A stretch of 64,000 nt of DNA from an uncultured Collinsella sp. (GTDB taxonomy: Bacteria; Actinomycetota; Coriobacteriia; Coriobacteriales; Coriobacteriaceae). Below the pieces are notes generated by a model. The model ran no database searches, was not told the DNA's origin, and saw nothing but the letters and a program-made list of their open reading frames with translations. The translations under genes were made by a program, and so were the position numbers. The stretch covers positions 51,269 through 115,268 of the forward strand of contig CATXXC010000003.1 of the NCBI GenBank assembly GCA_958403385.1, in the 5' to 3' direction. Positions 17,171 through 28,760 of the stretch are shown here, in pieces (positions within the stretch are counted from its first letter, which is position 1; each line of letters starts with the position of its first letter).

Positions 17171-17350
17171 TGCGGAAAGGGCATCCCGTTATTTGGCCGA
17201 AAACCGGGTTGCAGTTTCCGGTTAGGCCCGCTAGCGGAAAATGCGAGCCGGTATCAGCTCTCAAAACGGGATACGGTTTCCGGTTGAGTCTTCAGACGGA
17301 AACTGCGACCCGGAATCCACGCTCAAACCGGGACGAGCTTTCCGCAAGGC
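17171..17350. repeat. Degenerate tandem repeat, period 62-63 bp, about 3 units
   Basis: Units start at 17200, 17263 and 17325 (AAAACCGGG..GTTTCCGGTT..CGGAAA..TGCGA.CCGG.ATC..GCTC). Each holds a gtttccg/cggaaac-type hairpin. A half unit precedes at about 17171. Confidence 0.7.
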
Positions 17351-17470
17351 AGCCCCAGGCACCCTCGGACCCAAGCCTCAGCCATCTCTACATAGATCTC
17401 GATAGATTTGCCTAGAACTCAAACAGCGCATCTACCTGCGCATTTAAGAACCTAAACTCTTGGCAATAAG

Positions 17471-17497
17471 AAATCTTATATGAATTGACTTAGATTT
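17471..17497. promoter_or_regulatory. 27-nt motif AAATCTTATAT-N5-GACTTAGATTT shared with the clpB upstream region; candidate HspR operator
   Basis: 22 of 27 positions are identical to 25667-25693, forming an imperfect dyad AAATCTTA-N11-TTAGATTT. A TATATT -10-like hexamer follows. Confidence 0.6.
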
Positions 17498-17606
17498 TGT
17501 ATATTCCGGCCCATAAGGGGATACACTACATCCTGAAAGACAAGCCGAAACACCGCGCGGCAGACCGCCGAGTCGGTGCAAACGCACAAGAGAGAGGGAA
17601 TTTCTA

Positions 17607-19499
<1,893 letters not shown>

Positions 19500-19501
19500 T
19501 C

Positions 19502-20344
19502 ATGTCCGCCCGTAAAGCTCGCACGGAGGCGGCTGCCACTGGCGCCGCCCCCGTTGACTCTGAGGAGAAGGACGTGAAGATTCCCGTAGAGGCCGTCGAC
19601 GATACCGAGGCCAACGAGGCCGCGGCCGCCGAGGCTGCCGAGAACCAGGTAGAGGATTCCAACAAGGAGGCGACGATGACCGAGGACGAGATGGTGGAAG
19701 CCGCTATCCGCGCCGGTGAGGAAGCCGCCGACAACGACTTTAAGCTCAAGTTCGAGCAGGCCCAAAAGGAGCTCGCCGACGTGCGTAGCGAGCTCGATGC
19801 TGCGGCAGAGGCCCAGAAGGCCGCCGAGGACAAGGCAAAGGACGCCACTGAGCGTACCGCCCGTCTTCAGGCCGACTGGGAGAACTTCCGTCGCCGCACC
19901 GCCAATGAGCGTATCGCCGAGCGCGAGCGCGCGACCGAGAAGCTCGTCACTGCGCTGCTGCCGGTGGTCGACGATATCGAGCGTGCGATCGACCATGCCC
20001 GCAGCCAGGAGCTTGCCGACGACTTTAAGCAGTTCGTCGACGGTGTCGACGCGGTGCATGCCAAGCTGCTCGATGTGTTTGCGCACGAGGGCGTTGAGCC
20101 CATCGACCCCAAGGGCGAGGCGTTCGATCCGCTCGAGCATCAGGCCGTGGGTCGCGTCGAGGACGCATCGCAGTACGACGAGACCGTCAACGATGTATAC
20201 CAGAAGGGCTACCGCATGGCGGATCGCATCCTGCGTTCCGCGATGGTGACGGTGACCTACGGTGGCGAGAAGCGCCCCGCACCGGAGCCCGAAGCGGCGC
20301 CCGAGGATGCTGCGGCCGATACGGCCGAGAGCACCGAGGAGTAA
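19502..20344 (+). CDS. grpE: Nucleotide exchange factor GrpE (long acidic N-terminal extension)
   Basis: GrpE core ..RLQADWENFRRRTANE.., VVDDIERA, GVEPIDPKGEAFDPLEHQAV, YQKGYRMADRILRSAMVTV. Starts 3 nt after dnaK. Confidence 0.95.
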   Translation: MSARKARTEAAATGAAPVDSEEKDVKIPVEAVDDTEANEAAAAEAAENQVEDSNKEATMTEDEMVEAAIRAGEEAADNDFKLKFEQAQKELADVRSELDAAAEAQKAAEDKAKDATERTARLQADWENFRRRTANERIAERERATEKLVTALLPVVDDIERAIDHARSQELADDFKQFVDGVDAVHAKLLDVFAHEGVEPIDPKGEAFDPLEHQAVGRVEDASQYDETVNDVYQKGYRMADRILRSAMVTVTYGGEKRPAPEPEAAPEDAAADTAESTEE

Positions 20345-20349
20345 TTGAG

Positions 20350-20380
20350 AAGGGCCCCGGGGCAACACCCGGGGCCCTTT
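20350..20380 (+). terminator. GC-rich hairpin between grpE and dnaJ (attenuator or partial terminator)
   Basis: aagggccccgggg-caaca-ccccggggccctt, followed by only a short T stretch. Confidence 0.5.
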
Positions 20381-20451
20381 CTGGCCTAGTGCCATATGAA
20401 AGCATGAGCCGCCGCCCGCTGGGCGGCGGATGAAACAGGAGAGGAGCTACG

Positions 20452-21417
20452 ATGGCTGCAGGCAAAACCTTCTATGACATCCTGGGCGTATCCAAGAGCG
20501 CCTCCGACAAAGAGATCAAGAGCGCGTTTCGCAAGCTCGCGCAAAAATATCACCCCGATGCCGGCGGCGACGAGGCTAAGTTCAAGGAGATCAGCGAGGC
20601 CTACGAGACGCTTTCGGACGAGAAGAAGCGCAAAGAGTACGACCAGATGCTCATGTTTGGCGGCATGCCGGGCGCGGGCGGCGCGTATGGCGGCGGCTAC
20701 GGTGCCGGCGCGGGTGCCAGCGGCTGGGGCGACATCTTCGACAGCATCTTTAGCGGCAACGGCGCCTGGGGCAGCGATTGGGGCTCGGGCTTTGCCGGGG
20801 CTGCGGGCGCTGCCGGTGCCGGCGCGGGTCGCAGCCGTGCTCGCAAGGGCGGCGACCTGTCGCTGACCGTCGATGTGACGGCCGAGGACGCGTTTCGCGG
20901 CGTGACGCACAAGGTCACCTATCGCATTCCCTCGACAGGCGAGCAGCAGACCATTACGGTCTCGGTGCCCGCGGGCGCGGTCGACGGCGGCAAGCTACGC
21001 TACAAGCGTCGCGGCGAGTATGGCGTTGCCGGCGGCGAGCGCGGCGACCTGGTCGTGACCACGCATGTGGAGGAGCACCCGCTGTTTAAGCGTAAAGGTG
21101 CCGACGTGACCATGGAGGTACCGGTCTCGGTCTATGAGGCGGCGCTCGGCTGCACGGTGGACGTGCCGACGCCCGGCGGTGCGACGGTTCGTCTGAAGGT
21201 GCCCGCGGGTACCCAGACGGGCAAGAAGTTTCGCTTTAAGGAGATGGGTGCGCCTGACGTTAAGCATCGCGGCCGCACGGGTGCGCTGCTCGTCGAGATT
21301 AAGGTGCAGGTCCCCACGAACCTGTCCGACGATGAGCGCGATGCCATGACCAAGCTGCGCGAGGCCGACACGCGCGATTATCGCGAGAAGGTCAACCGTT
21401 ACAAGGCGACGTACTAG
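20452..21417 (+). CDS. dnaJ: J-domain co-chaperone, CbpA-like (no zinc-finger domain)
   Basis: J domain with HPD (KYHPDAGGD), a G/F-rich linker and C-terminal substrate-binding domains. No CxxCxGxG repeats anywhere in the 321 aa. Confidence 0.9.
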   Translation: MAAGKTFYDILGVSKSASDKEIKSAFRKLAQKYHPDAGGDEAKFKEISEAYETLSDEKKRKEYDQMLMFGGMPGAGGAYGGGYGAGAGASGWGDIFDSIFSGNGAWGSDWGSGFAGAAGAAGAGAGRSRARKGGDLSLTVDVTAEDAFRGVTHKVTYRIPSTGEQQTITVSVPAGAVDGGKLRYKRRGEYGVAGGERGDLVVTTHVEEHPLFKRKGADVTMEVPVSVYEAALGCTVDVPTPGGATVRLKVPAGTQTGKKFRFKEMGAPDVKHRGRTGALLVEIKVQVPTNLSDDERDAMTKLREADTRDYREKVNRYKATY

Positions 21418-21489
21418 GGCGGTCGTGGCGCACGCCCGCGCCCGCGGGCTTATGATGGACGATAACGAGACGGAAAGGGATCAGGTAGC

Positions 21490-21906
21490 ATGGCCGAGGA
21501 CAATAGGAACAAACCGCTGTACATGATCAGCGTGGCGGCCGAGCTGACCGGCATGCATCCGCAGACTCTGCGCGTCTACGAGTCCAAGGGCCTGGTGAAC
21601 CCCCAGCGCTCGGGCGGCAACACGCGTCTGTATTCGCGTGCCGATATCGAGCGTCTGGAGCTCATCAACCAGCTGACCGACGAGGGCATCAACCTTGCCG
21701 GCGTGGTGCGCATCCTCGATATGAAGGAGCGTGCCGAGGAGCGCGAACGCGAGAACGAGAAGCTCCGCGCCCGCGTACGCCAGCTCGAGGACGAGCTGCA
21801 CGAGTACAAGATGCAAAAGAAGATCACCGCCCTGGCCCCGCGCGACGGCTCAGTTAACCCCGAGCAAGTCATGCGCAAGCTGCTGGGCGCCGGCGGGGAT
21901 TTGTAG
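21490..21906 (+). CDS. hspR: Heat-shock repressor HspR (MerR family)
   Basis: MerR-type HTH (YMISVAAELTGMHPQTLRVYESKGLVNPQRSGGNTRLYSRADIERL). Last gene of the dnaK operon, as in other Actinomycetota. Confidence 0.9.
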   Translation: MAEDNRNKPLYMISVAAELTGMHPQTLRVYESKGLVNPQRSGGNTRLYSRADIERLELINQLTDEGINLAGVVRILDMKERAEERERENEKLRARVRQLEDELHEYKMQKKITALAPRDGSVNPEQVMRKLLGAGGDL

Positions 21907-21933
21907 TTACGCGGTTTTACCAAACCGCGTAAC
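21906..21933 (+). terminator. Hairpin immediately after hspR
   Basis: gttacgcggttt-tacc-aaaccgcgtaac (12-bp stem). Confidence 0.6.
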
Positions 21934-21976
21934 GGGCCGACGCTGCGCGCCGCCCAGAGCGACAATTTGTCATTCA

Positions 21977-22017
21977 AAAGGCAAGGCATGACCAGAAGGT
22001 CTATGCCTTGCCTTTTT
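21977..22017 (+). terminator. Intrinsic terminator of the dnaK operon
   Basis: aaaggcaaggcat...atgccttgcc stem followed by TTTTT. Confidence 0.75.
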
Positions 22018-22311
22018 CATGCCAACCTGTTCGCTCTGGACGTCGCTCGCTGTCCGTCCTCTACCTGCGGCGTTGCCTTGCTCCGGATGCGGTAGTCATT
22101 GGTAGTCATTGGTCATTGGGGACGTTCTTAAATGACTAGTCGAAAGGGACACTCTTGCACTAAATCTGCCGGCCCTCGCCGGGTTCATCCTTTACTTTAC
22201 CGAGATAAAGTGAACGTGTAGATTCGTAACCCACTTGCAACCGTTCTATGGCACGATATTGAACGAATGTATGCTAGGCGCCCGAGCCTTTCGGGCAGAG
22301 TGGGAGACAGT

Positions 22312-24612
22312 ATGGTTAAGCTGTACGAGGACGGCATCTACCTGCGCGGCGGCAGCGAGGTCGTGCCTGTGGCCGAGGCTGCCGAGCGCGGCATTACGCA
22401 GACGCCCGAGGACGCCAAGCGCGGCACCATCGCGTATTCGATCCTCCAGGCACACAATACGTCCGGAGACCCCGAGGCTCTCAAGATCCGCTTCGACGCC
22501 ATGGCGAGCCACGACATCACCTTCGTCGGCATTATCCAGACGGCGCGCGCTTCGGGCATGGAGCAGTTCCCGCTGCCCTACGTGCTCACCAACTGCCACA
22601 ACTCGCTGTGCGCCGTGGGCGGCACCATCAACGAGGACGACCACGTCTTTGGCCTCTCGGCTGCCAAAAAGTACGGCGGCATTTTCGTCCCGCCGCACAT
22701 CGCGGTCATCCACTCCTTTATGCGTGAGAACTTCGCCGGCTGCGGCAAGATGATCCTGGGTTCCGACTCGCACACCCGCTACGGCGCCCTGGGCACCATG
22801 GCCGTGGGCGAGGGCGGCGGCGAACTGGCAAAGCAGTTGCTGCGCGATACCTACGACGTTGCCTATCCCGGCGTCGTGGCCATCTACCTCACGGGTGCCC
22901 CGCGCCCCGGCGTCGGCCCGCACGACGTGGCGCTCGCCATCATCCGCGCCGTCTTTGCCAAGGGTTACGTCAAGAACAAGGTCATGGAGTTCGTGGGCCC
23001 CGGCATCGCGAGCATGACGACCGACTACCGCAACGGCGTCGACGTCATGACCACCGAGACCACCTGCCTGTCGAGCATCTGGGCCACCGACGAGGACACG
23101 CACGCGTTTTTGACCATGCACGGCCGCGGCGAGGACTACCGCGAGCTCAAGCCCGCCGATGTTGCCTACTACGACGGCTGCGTCGAAGTCGATCTGTCGA
23201 GCATCAAGCCCATGATCGCGCTGCCGTTCCATCCTTCCAACGGCTTTGAGATTGACGAGCTCAACGAGAACCTCGAGGACATCCTGCATGAGGTGGAGCT
23301 CGAGGCCGCCAAGATCGGCGAGGGCAAGACGCACTTTAGCCTGCTCGACAAGATCGTCGACGGCAAGCTACACGTGCAGCAGGGCGTTATCGCCGGCTGC
23401 TCGGGCGGCAACTACGACTCCGTGGTCCAGGCTGCCCGCGTGCTCAAGGGCGCCAACACCGGCTGCGGCGAGTTCTCGCTGTCGGTCTATCCCACGAGCC
23501 AGCCCGTGGCGCTCGAGCTTACACGCCGCGGCTATATCTACGACCTTATGGAGGCCGGCGCGATTGTGCGCACGGCATTCTGCGGCCCGTGCTTTGGCGC
23601 CGGCGACACGCCTGCCAACAACGGCCTTTCGATCCGCCACACTACGCGCAACTTCCCCAATCGCGAGGGTTCCAAGCCGGGTAATGGCCAGCTGAGCGCC
23701 GTGGCCCTGATGGACGCCCGCTCCATTGCGGCGACGGCGGCCAACGGCGGCGTCCTGACGCCGGCGACCGACCTGCCCGAGGAGACTTGGGACGAGGCCT
23801 GCGAGTACAACTTTGACGACGCGCCGTACAAAAAGCGCGTGTACTGGGGCTTTGGCAAGGCGGAGCCTGCCGACGAACTGGTCGAGGGTCCCAACATCAA
23901 GCCGTGGCCCGCGATGGAGCCCCTCGGCGACGATATCCTGCTCAAGGTGTGCTCTAAAATCATGGACCCGGTCACCACGACTGACGAGCTCATTCCTTCG
24001 GGCGAGACGAGCTCCTTCCGCTCCAACCCGCTGGGCCTGGCAGAGTTTACGCTGAGCCGCCGCGACCCGGCCTACGTGGGCCGTTCCAAGGAGGTCGACG
24101 CCGTGGAGAAGCGCCGCGTTGCCGGCGAGGCAGCAGGCGACTTGGCCGCGCTCGATGCCGAGCTTGCCGGCGTGTTTGAGGCGCTGGCCGGCGCGGGTGT
24201 CGCTGCCGACGCCAAGGCGACCGAGTACGGCTCCATGCTCTATGCCAAGAAGCCCGGTGACGGTTCTGCCCGCGAGCAGGCCGCGAGCTGCCAGCGCGTA
24301 ATTGGCGGCCTGGCCAACATCGTCCACGAGTACGCCACCAAGCGCTATCGCTCCAACGTGATGAACTGGGGTATGGTGCCCTTCCAGATGGAGGCCGAGC
24401 CCAACTTTGAGGTGGGCGATTACGTCTTTGTGCCGGGTATCCGCGCCGCGCTCGATGGCGACCTGAAGGGCATCGTCGCCTACGTGGTGCGCGCCGATGG
24501 TGCGGTCGAGCAGATTGAGCTCTACATTGCCGATATGACGGCAGAGGAGCGTGCCATCGTCAAGGCTGGCTGCCTGATCAACTACAACAAGTTCAAGGCC
24601 GCTGCCGAGTAA
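22312..24612 (+). CDS. Aconitase-family hydratase (aconitate hydratase-like)
   Basis: Fe-S ligand regions [14 protein letters not shown] and [19 protein letters not shown], and a C-terminal swivel domain. Start at ATG 22312 (GGGAGA upstream). Confidence 0.85.
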   Translation: MVKLYEDGIYLRGGSEVVPVAEAAERGITQTPEDAKRGTIAYSILQAHNTSGDPEALKIRFDAMASHDITFVGIIQTARASGMEQFPLPYVLTNCHNSLCAVGGTINEDDHVFGLSAAKKYGGIFVPPHIAVIHSFMRENFAGCGKMILGSDSHTRYGALGTMAVGEGGGELAKQLLRDTYDVAYPGVVAIYLTGAPRPGVGPHDVALAIIRAVFAKGYVKNKVMEFVGPGIASMTTDYRNGVDVMTTETTCLSSIWATDEDTHAFLTMHGRGEDYRELKPADVAYYDGCVEVDLSSIKPMIALPFHPSNGFEIDELNENLEDILHEVELEAAKIGEGKTHFSLLDKIVDGKLHVQQGVIAGCSGGNYDSVVQAARVLKGANTGCGEFSLSVYPTSQPVALELTRRGYIYDLMEAGAIVRTAFCGPCFGAGDTPANNGLSIRHTTRNFPNREGSKPGNGQLSAVALMDARSIAATAANGGVLTPATDLPEETWDEACEYNFDDAPYKKRVYWGFGKAEPADELVEGPNIKPWPAMEPLGDDILLKVCSKIMDPVTTTDELIPSGETSSFRSNPLGLAEFTLSRRDPAYVGRSKEVDAVEKRRVAGEAAGDLAALDAELAGVFEALAGAGVAADAKATEYGSMLYAKKPGDGSAREQAASCQRVIGGLANIVHEYATKRYRSNVMNWGMVPFQMEAEPNFEVGDYVFVPGIRAALDGDLKGIVAYVVRADGAVEQIELYIADMTAEERAIVKAGCLINYNKFKAAAE

Positions 24613-24623
24613 CGTTGCTGTAC

Positions 24624-24695
24624 GCCCCGGACACACCTTTCCCTCGTGCTCACGCGCTTCGCGAGGGTCGCCCGAGGGAAAGGTGTGTCCGGGGC
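24624..24695. repeat. Perfect 23-bp inverted repeat (26-nt loop) downstream of the aconitase gene
   Basis: gccccggacacacctttccctcg / cgagggaaaggtgtgtccggggc. No T-tract follows. Confidence 0.85.
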
Positions 24696-24775
24696 TACCG
24701 CGACGTTCTCGTTGGGTCTTGAGGGGCGCTAATAATTGACCGGGACCACCACAAAGTTGCCTGCCCGGCGGGTTC

Positions 24776-25432
24776 TTATTTCGATGGGGTCCAGGTTATT
24801 TCATCGTCAAATAGCCAAGTGCGTGCTGAGCCACTGTCGCGCGCTGTCTGTGGATCGGGCTCGCAAGTTTGTTCGTAGGCATCCTCGGTACACCGATCCA
24901 TAAAATCGACGACTGCCGTCTGGTCGCCTTCCATGACGTAGATCACGTTGCCATCCGAGATATAGACTCCCGGCCCTTCGTTGTCCACGTAGCCGGGGTC
25001 GTATGAAACGTTGCATAGTCTGCTCCCGTTTGCCGCATCGAGTTCAAGGGTCGAATAATACCCGCCATTCATTTGGCCTTTCTTGGCTCGATATATTGCG
25101 GCGCCGTACCATCGCTTAAACGTCTTGCCTTTGAGTAAACTGGTCGCCTTGCCGATAAGCTGCTCATCTTGGGTATAGCGCGTGGCTCCAAGTTCGATTC
25201 GGGGATAGTTGCTGACCCCAAGCGTTGCGGGCGTACCGTCGAAATCGACGGTGATTGAATCGGGTTTGACGATATCGGTGAGGATTTCGATGGGATAGCT
25301 TATGGTTTCAACCGCCGCCTGCGTCGCCGAGGCAGGGAGAAATGCGAGATAGATAATGCCTACGCCGACTGCGGTAATTGCAAACGCTAAGACGAGCAGG
25401 CCGATATAGGTGGAGCGTTTCACGGTGGGCAC
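24776..25432 (-). CDS. Membrane-anchored extracytoplasmic protein, unknown function
   Basis: Single N-terminal TM helix (YIGLLVLAFAITAVGVGIIYLAF) then a roughly 180-aa domain. Start at GTG 25432 or GTG 25423. Confidence 0.65.
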   Translation of the reverse strand: MPTVKRSTYIGLLVLAFAITAVGVGIIYLAFLPASATQAAVETISYPIEILTDIVKPDSITVDFDGTPATLGVSNYPRIELGATRYTQDEQLIGKATSLLKGKTFKRWYGAAIYRAKKGQMNGGYYSTLELDAANGSRLCNVSYDPGYVDNEGPGVYISDGNVIYVMEGDQTAVVDFMDRCTEDAYEQTCEPDPQTARDSGSARTWLFDDEITWTPSK

Positions 25433-25608
25433 CTCTCATGTAATATGCAATCATTAAGATAAATGATACAAGCTTACGACAATATTCAAAAGAAAGCGAT
25501 CGTTCGAAATGGGGGGCTAAAAGGCCCTATTGGGCTTCGATTTGGGATCGCCAAACGTAGACTGGGCTTGATACCGCCTCTTTTAATCGGGGCTGATTCT
25601 TCTCTGGA

Positions 25609-25641
25609 CCACCACAAAGGGGACAGGCACCTTTGTGGTGG
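25609..25641 (+). repeat. GGACAGG-loop hairpin (12-bp stem), same family as 3325-3398 and 13387/16612
   Basis: ccaccacaaagg-ggacaggca-cctttgtggtgg, preceded by GA as in the 13387 copy (GACCACCA...). Confidence 0.8.
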
Positions 25642-25666
25642 TTTGCATGTCATGAGAGCACTCAGA

Positions 25667-25693
25667 AAATCTTATATATAGAGACTTAGATTT
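25667..25693. promoter_or_regulatory. Second copy of the AAATCTTATAT-N5-GACTTAGATTT motif (candidate HspR operator) upstream of clpB
   Basis: See 17471-17497. Lies about 90 nt before the clpB ATG and is followed by a TATAAG -10-like hexamer. Confidence 0.6.
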
Positions 25694-25782
25694 GTGTATA
25701 AGATCGCGCAAAGTTGGCAACAATACTTCTCGAACAACGTGAAGCCGCCCCGTAGGGCGGCCGCCCCAAGAGAGGTGATTCC

Positions 25783-28410
25783 ATGAGAATCGATAAGCTA
25801 GCAATGACGTCGCGCGAGGCGTTGCAGACCGCCATGAGCACGGCTGCCGACGCGCAGGCCGGCGCGGTTGAGCCGATTCACCTGCTGTCTGCCCTGCTCG
25901 GTGCCGGCGAGCGCAATATCTCCGTGATCATCGAGCGCATCGGCGCCGACCCGGCCCAGCTCGCACGCTCCACACAAGATGCCATCGACCACGCGCCCAA
26001 GGTTTCGGGCGAGGGTCAGCAGATGGGCCTGTCCAACGAGCTCGTCCGCGTCATCGAAAAGGCCGAGAAGAAGGCCACCAAGATGGGCGACAGCTTTGTG
26101 GTGACCGAGCATCTGCTGATGGCACTTGCCGAGGACAAGGGCGAGGCTGGCCGCGTTCTGCGTGACGCCGGCGTGACCAAGGAGCGCATCGAGCAGGTCT
26201 ACGAGGAGTTGCGCGGCGATGACCGCGTGACGTCTGCCGAGGACAAGACGCAGTTTGAGGCGCTGGAGCAGTACGGTCGCAACATCTGCGACCTGGCCCG
26301 CGCCGGTAAGCTTGACCCGGTCATCGGCCGTACCGACGAGATCCGTCGTACCATCCAGGTCCTGTCCCGCCGCACCAAGAACAACCCCGTGCTCATCGGC
26401 GAGCCGGGCGTCGGCAAGACGGCCATCGTCGAGGGTATCGCCCAGCGTATCGTGGCCGGCGACGTGCCGAGCACGCTGCGCGACCGCGACCTCATCGAGC
26501 TCGACATGAGCGCGCTGGTCGCCGGCGCCAAGTACCGCGGCGAGTTCGAGGACCGCTTAAAGGCCGTGCTCAAGGAGGTGCAGAAGTCCGAAGGCAAGGT
26601 CATCCTGTTCATCGATGAGCTCCATACCATCGTGGGCGCGGGTGCCACCGAGGGCTCCATGGACGCCGGCAACATCCTCAAGCCGGCGCTCGCCCGTGGC
26701 GACTTACACGCAATCGGCGCGACTACGCTCGACGAGTATCGCAAGTACATCGAGAAGGACGCGGCACTCGCCCGTCGTTTCCAGACCGTGATGGTCTCCG
26801 AGCCCACCGTCGAGGACACCATCTCGATCCTGCGTGGCCTCAAGGAGAAGTACGAGATCTTCCACGGCGTGCATATCACCGATAGCGCGCTCGTGGCAGC
26901 TGCCGACCTCTCCGATCGCTACATCGCCGACCGCTTCCTGCCCGACAAGGCCATCGACCTGGTCGATGAGGCGGCAAGCCGCCTGCGCATGGAGCTCGAC
27001 AGCATGCCGGTCGAGATCGATGCCACCACGCGTCAGCTCACCCAGCTGCAGATCGAGGAGCAGGCGCTCATGAAGGAGACCGACGACGCCTCCAAGGAGC
27101 GTCTGGAGGCCCTGCGCCAAGAGATTGCCGAGGTCCAAGAAAAGCTCAACGTGCAAAAGGCCGGCTGGCTCAACCAGAAGAACGCCATCGACCACGTGCA
27201 GGAGCTCAAGGGACAGCTCGACGAGGCCAAGAGCGAAGAGGAGCGTGCGACGCGCAACGGCGACCTGGGCCGTGCGTCCGAGCTGCGCTACTCCGTGATT
27301 CCGGGCCTGCAGCAGCAGATTCAGGATTCCGAGGCTGCGCTCGAGGCGCAAAAGCAGCAGGACGGCGAGGGCCTCAACGAGCAGGTGACCTCCGATGAGA
27401 TCGCTGAGGTCGTGAGCGCTTGGACCGGCGTGCCCGTCTCTAAGATGATGCAGGGCGAGCTCGACAAGCTGAAGGGCTTGGAGGGCGAGCTGCATAAGCG
27501 CGTCATCGGCCAGGACGAGGCGGTCTCCGCTGTCGCCGCGGCCGTGCGTCGCAGCCGTGCGGGCCTCTCCGATCCGGACAAGCCCATCGGCAGCTTCTTC
27601 TTCCTGGGCCCCACCGGCGTGGGCAAGACCGAGCTCGCCAAGGCGCTTGCCGAGTGCCTGTTCGATGACGAGCGTGCGCTCGTGCGTATCGACATGTCCG
27701 AGTACATGGAGAAGTTCAGCGTCCAACGTCTGATCGGTGCGCCTCCGGGATACGTTGGCTACGACGAGGGCGGCCAGCTCACCGAGGCCGTGCGCCGTCG
27801 TCCGTACTCCGTGATTTTGCTCGACGAGATGGAGAAGGCTCATCCGGATGTCTTTAACGTGCTGCTGCAGGTGCTTGATGACGGCCGTCTGACCGATGGC
27901 CAGGGTCGCCAGGTGTCCTTCAAGAACACGATCATCATCATGACGTCTAACGTGGGCTCCAAGGCTATCGCCGAGCTTTCCGGCAAGGACGAGGAGGGGA
28001 TGCGCCATCAGGTCGACGCGGCCATGGCTCAGACCTTCCGCCCCGAGTTCCTCAACCGTATCGACGATATCGTGGTGTTCCATCCGCTCGGCATGGCGCA
28101 GATCGAGAAGATTGTCGACATCCAGCTTGCCGACGTCCGTGCACGTCTGGCCAAGGAGCGCATGACGCTTGCCATTACCCCGGCGGCCAAGCAGATGCTC
28201 GCCGTGGGCGGCCTGGATCCGGTCTTTGGTGCCCGTCCGCTCAAGCGTCTGGTTCAACGCGAGGTCGTGGATGCCATCGCCGCCGCTATCATCGACGGCA
28301 CGGTGCGCGAGGGCGATCAGGTGACGGTCGATGTCGACAAGGACGGTGGCTTTACCGTCGTGTGCGACAACACGCCGGCGGCCACCTACGAGGTCCCCGA
28401 CGCCGAGTAG
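25783..28410 (+). CDS. clpB: ATP-dependent disaggregase ClpB
   Basis: Clp N-domain, two AAA+ modules (GEPGVGKT; GPTGVGKT) and a long coiled-coil middle domain; 875 aa. Confidence 0.97.
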   Translation: MRIDKLAMTSREALQTAMSTAADAQAGAVEPIHLLSALLGAGERNISVIIERIGADPAQLARSTQDAIDHAPKVSGEGQQMGLSNELVRVIEKAEKKATKMGDSFVVTEHLLMALAEDKGEAGRVLRDAGVTKERIEQVYEELRGDDRVTSAEDKTQFEALEQYGRNICDLARAGKLDPVIGRTDEIRRTIQVLSRRTKNNPVLIGEPGVGKTAIVEGIAQRIVAGDVPSTLRDRDLIELDMSALVAGAKYRGEFEDRLKAVLKEVQKSEGKVILFIDELHTIVGAGATEGSMDAGNILKPALARGDLHAIGATTLDEYRKYIEKDAALARRFQTVMVSEPTVEDTISILRGLKEKYEIFHGVHITDSALVAAADLSDRYIADRFLPDKAIDLVDEAASRLRMELDSMPVEIDATTRQLTQLQIEEQALMKETDDASKERLEALRQEIAEVQEKLNVQKAGWLNQKNAIDHVQELKGQLDEAKSEEERATRNGDLGRASELRYSVIPGLQQQIQDSEAALEAQKQQDGEGLNEQVTSDEIAEVVSAWTGVPVSKMMQGELDKLKGLEGELHKRVIGQDEAVSAVAAAVRRSRAGLSDPDKPIGSFFFLGPTGVGKTELAKALAECLFDDERALVRIDMSEYMEKFSVQRLIGAPPGYVGYDEGGQLTEAVRRRPYSVILLDEMEKAHPDVFNVLLQVLDDGRLTDGQGRQVSFKNTIIIMTSNVGSKAIAELSGKDEEGMRHQVDAAMAQTFRPEFLNRIDDIVVFHPLGMAQIEKIVDIQLADVRARLAKERMTLAITPAAKQMLAVGGLDPVFGARPLKRLVQREVVDAIAAAIIDGTVREGDQVTVDVDKDGGFTVVCDNTPAATYEVPDAE

Positions 28411-28455
28411 GCTTTTGGGGCATGCCTTAAAATCTGCCAGCCGTCTCTAAACGCC

Positions 28456-28492
28456 AAGGGCGGCGGATCCAATTGGGTCCGCCGCCCTTTTT
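28456..28492 (+). terminator. clpB intrinsic terminator
   Basis: gggcggcggatcc-aatt-gggtccgccgccc followed by TTTTT. Confidence 0.85.
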
Positions 28493-28542
28493 CGTGCGAC
28501 AATCGATGATGTTGAGCGGATGCGATGCAAGGAGCTATGCAG

Positions 28543-28737
28543 ATGAAAGACGAGAACAAGACGAACGCACCGGCGGCTGAGATAGCGTCCGCCGCACCAA
28601 GGCCCGCGCCGAAACCGGCGCCCAAGCCGCGCGACCCCTACATCCGTGCCGAGAACGAGGACGATGACGGTTACGACCCCTACAGCGACCGACGCCCCGA
28701 GCGTGAGCCGATGTTCGAAGCTGACCCGTGGCGCTAA
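28543..28737 (+). CDS. Small Pro-rich/acidic protein (64 aa), hypothetical
   Basis: AAGGAG 8 nt before ATG 28543. G+C-rich codon third positions like host genes. Has its own position between the clpB terminator and a 68-bp repeat. No family recognised. Confidence 0.4.
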   Translation: MKDENKTNAPAAEIASAAPRPAPKPAPKPRDPYIRAENEDDDGYDPYSDRRPEREPMFEADPWR

Positions 28738-28760
28738 TTGCCACTCAAAAGGCCACCAAT

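Noticed and set aside
17400-17606. CIRCE (HrcA) or canonical HAIR (CTTGAGT-N7-ACTCAAG) element upstream of dnaK
   Set aside because: Neither consensus is present. Only the AAATCTTATAT-N5-GACTTAGATTT motif shared with clpB was found, and it is reported separately. GAGCACTC near 25655 is a lone CIRCE-like half-site without a partner.
22091-22120. Short tandem repeat ggtagtcatt-ggtagtcatt-ggtcattgg upstream of the aconitase gene
   Set aside because: Only two and a half 10-nt units. Most simply explained as a slippage duplication in an intergenic region, with nothing linking it to regulation.
26704-28257. 517-aa minus-strand ORF opposite clpB, and similar long antisense ORFs at 33982-34962, 35989-37383, 43855-44916, 49482-51014 and 55868-57091
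   Set aside because: All lie opposite confidently identified genes and have low-complexity compositions. Treated as high-G+C artefacts.
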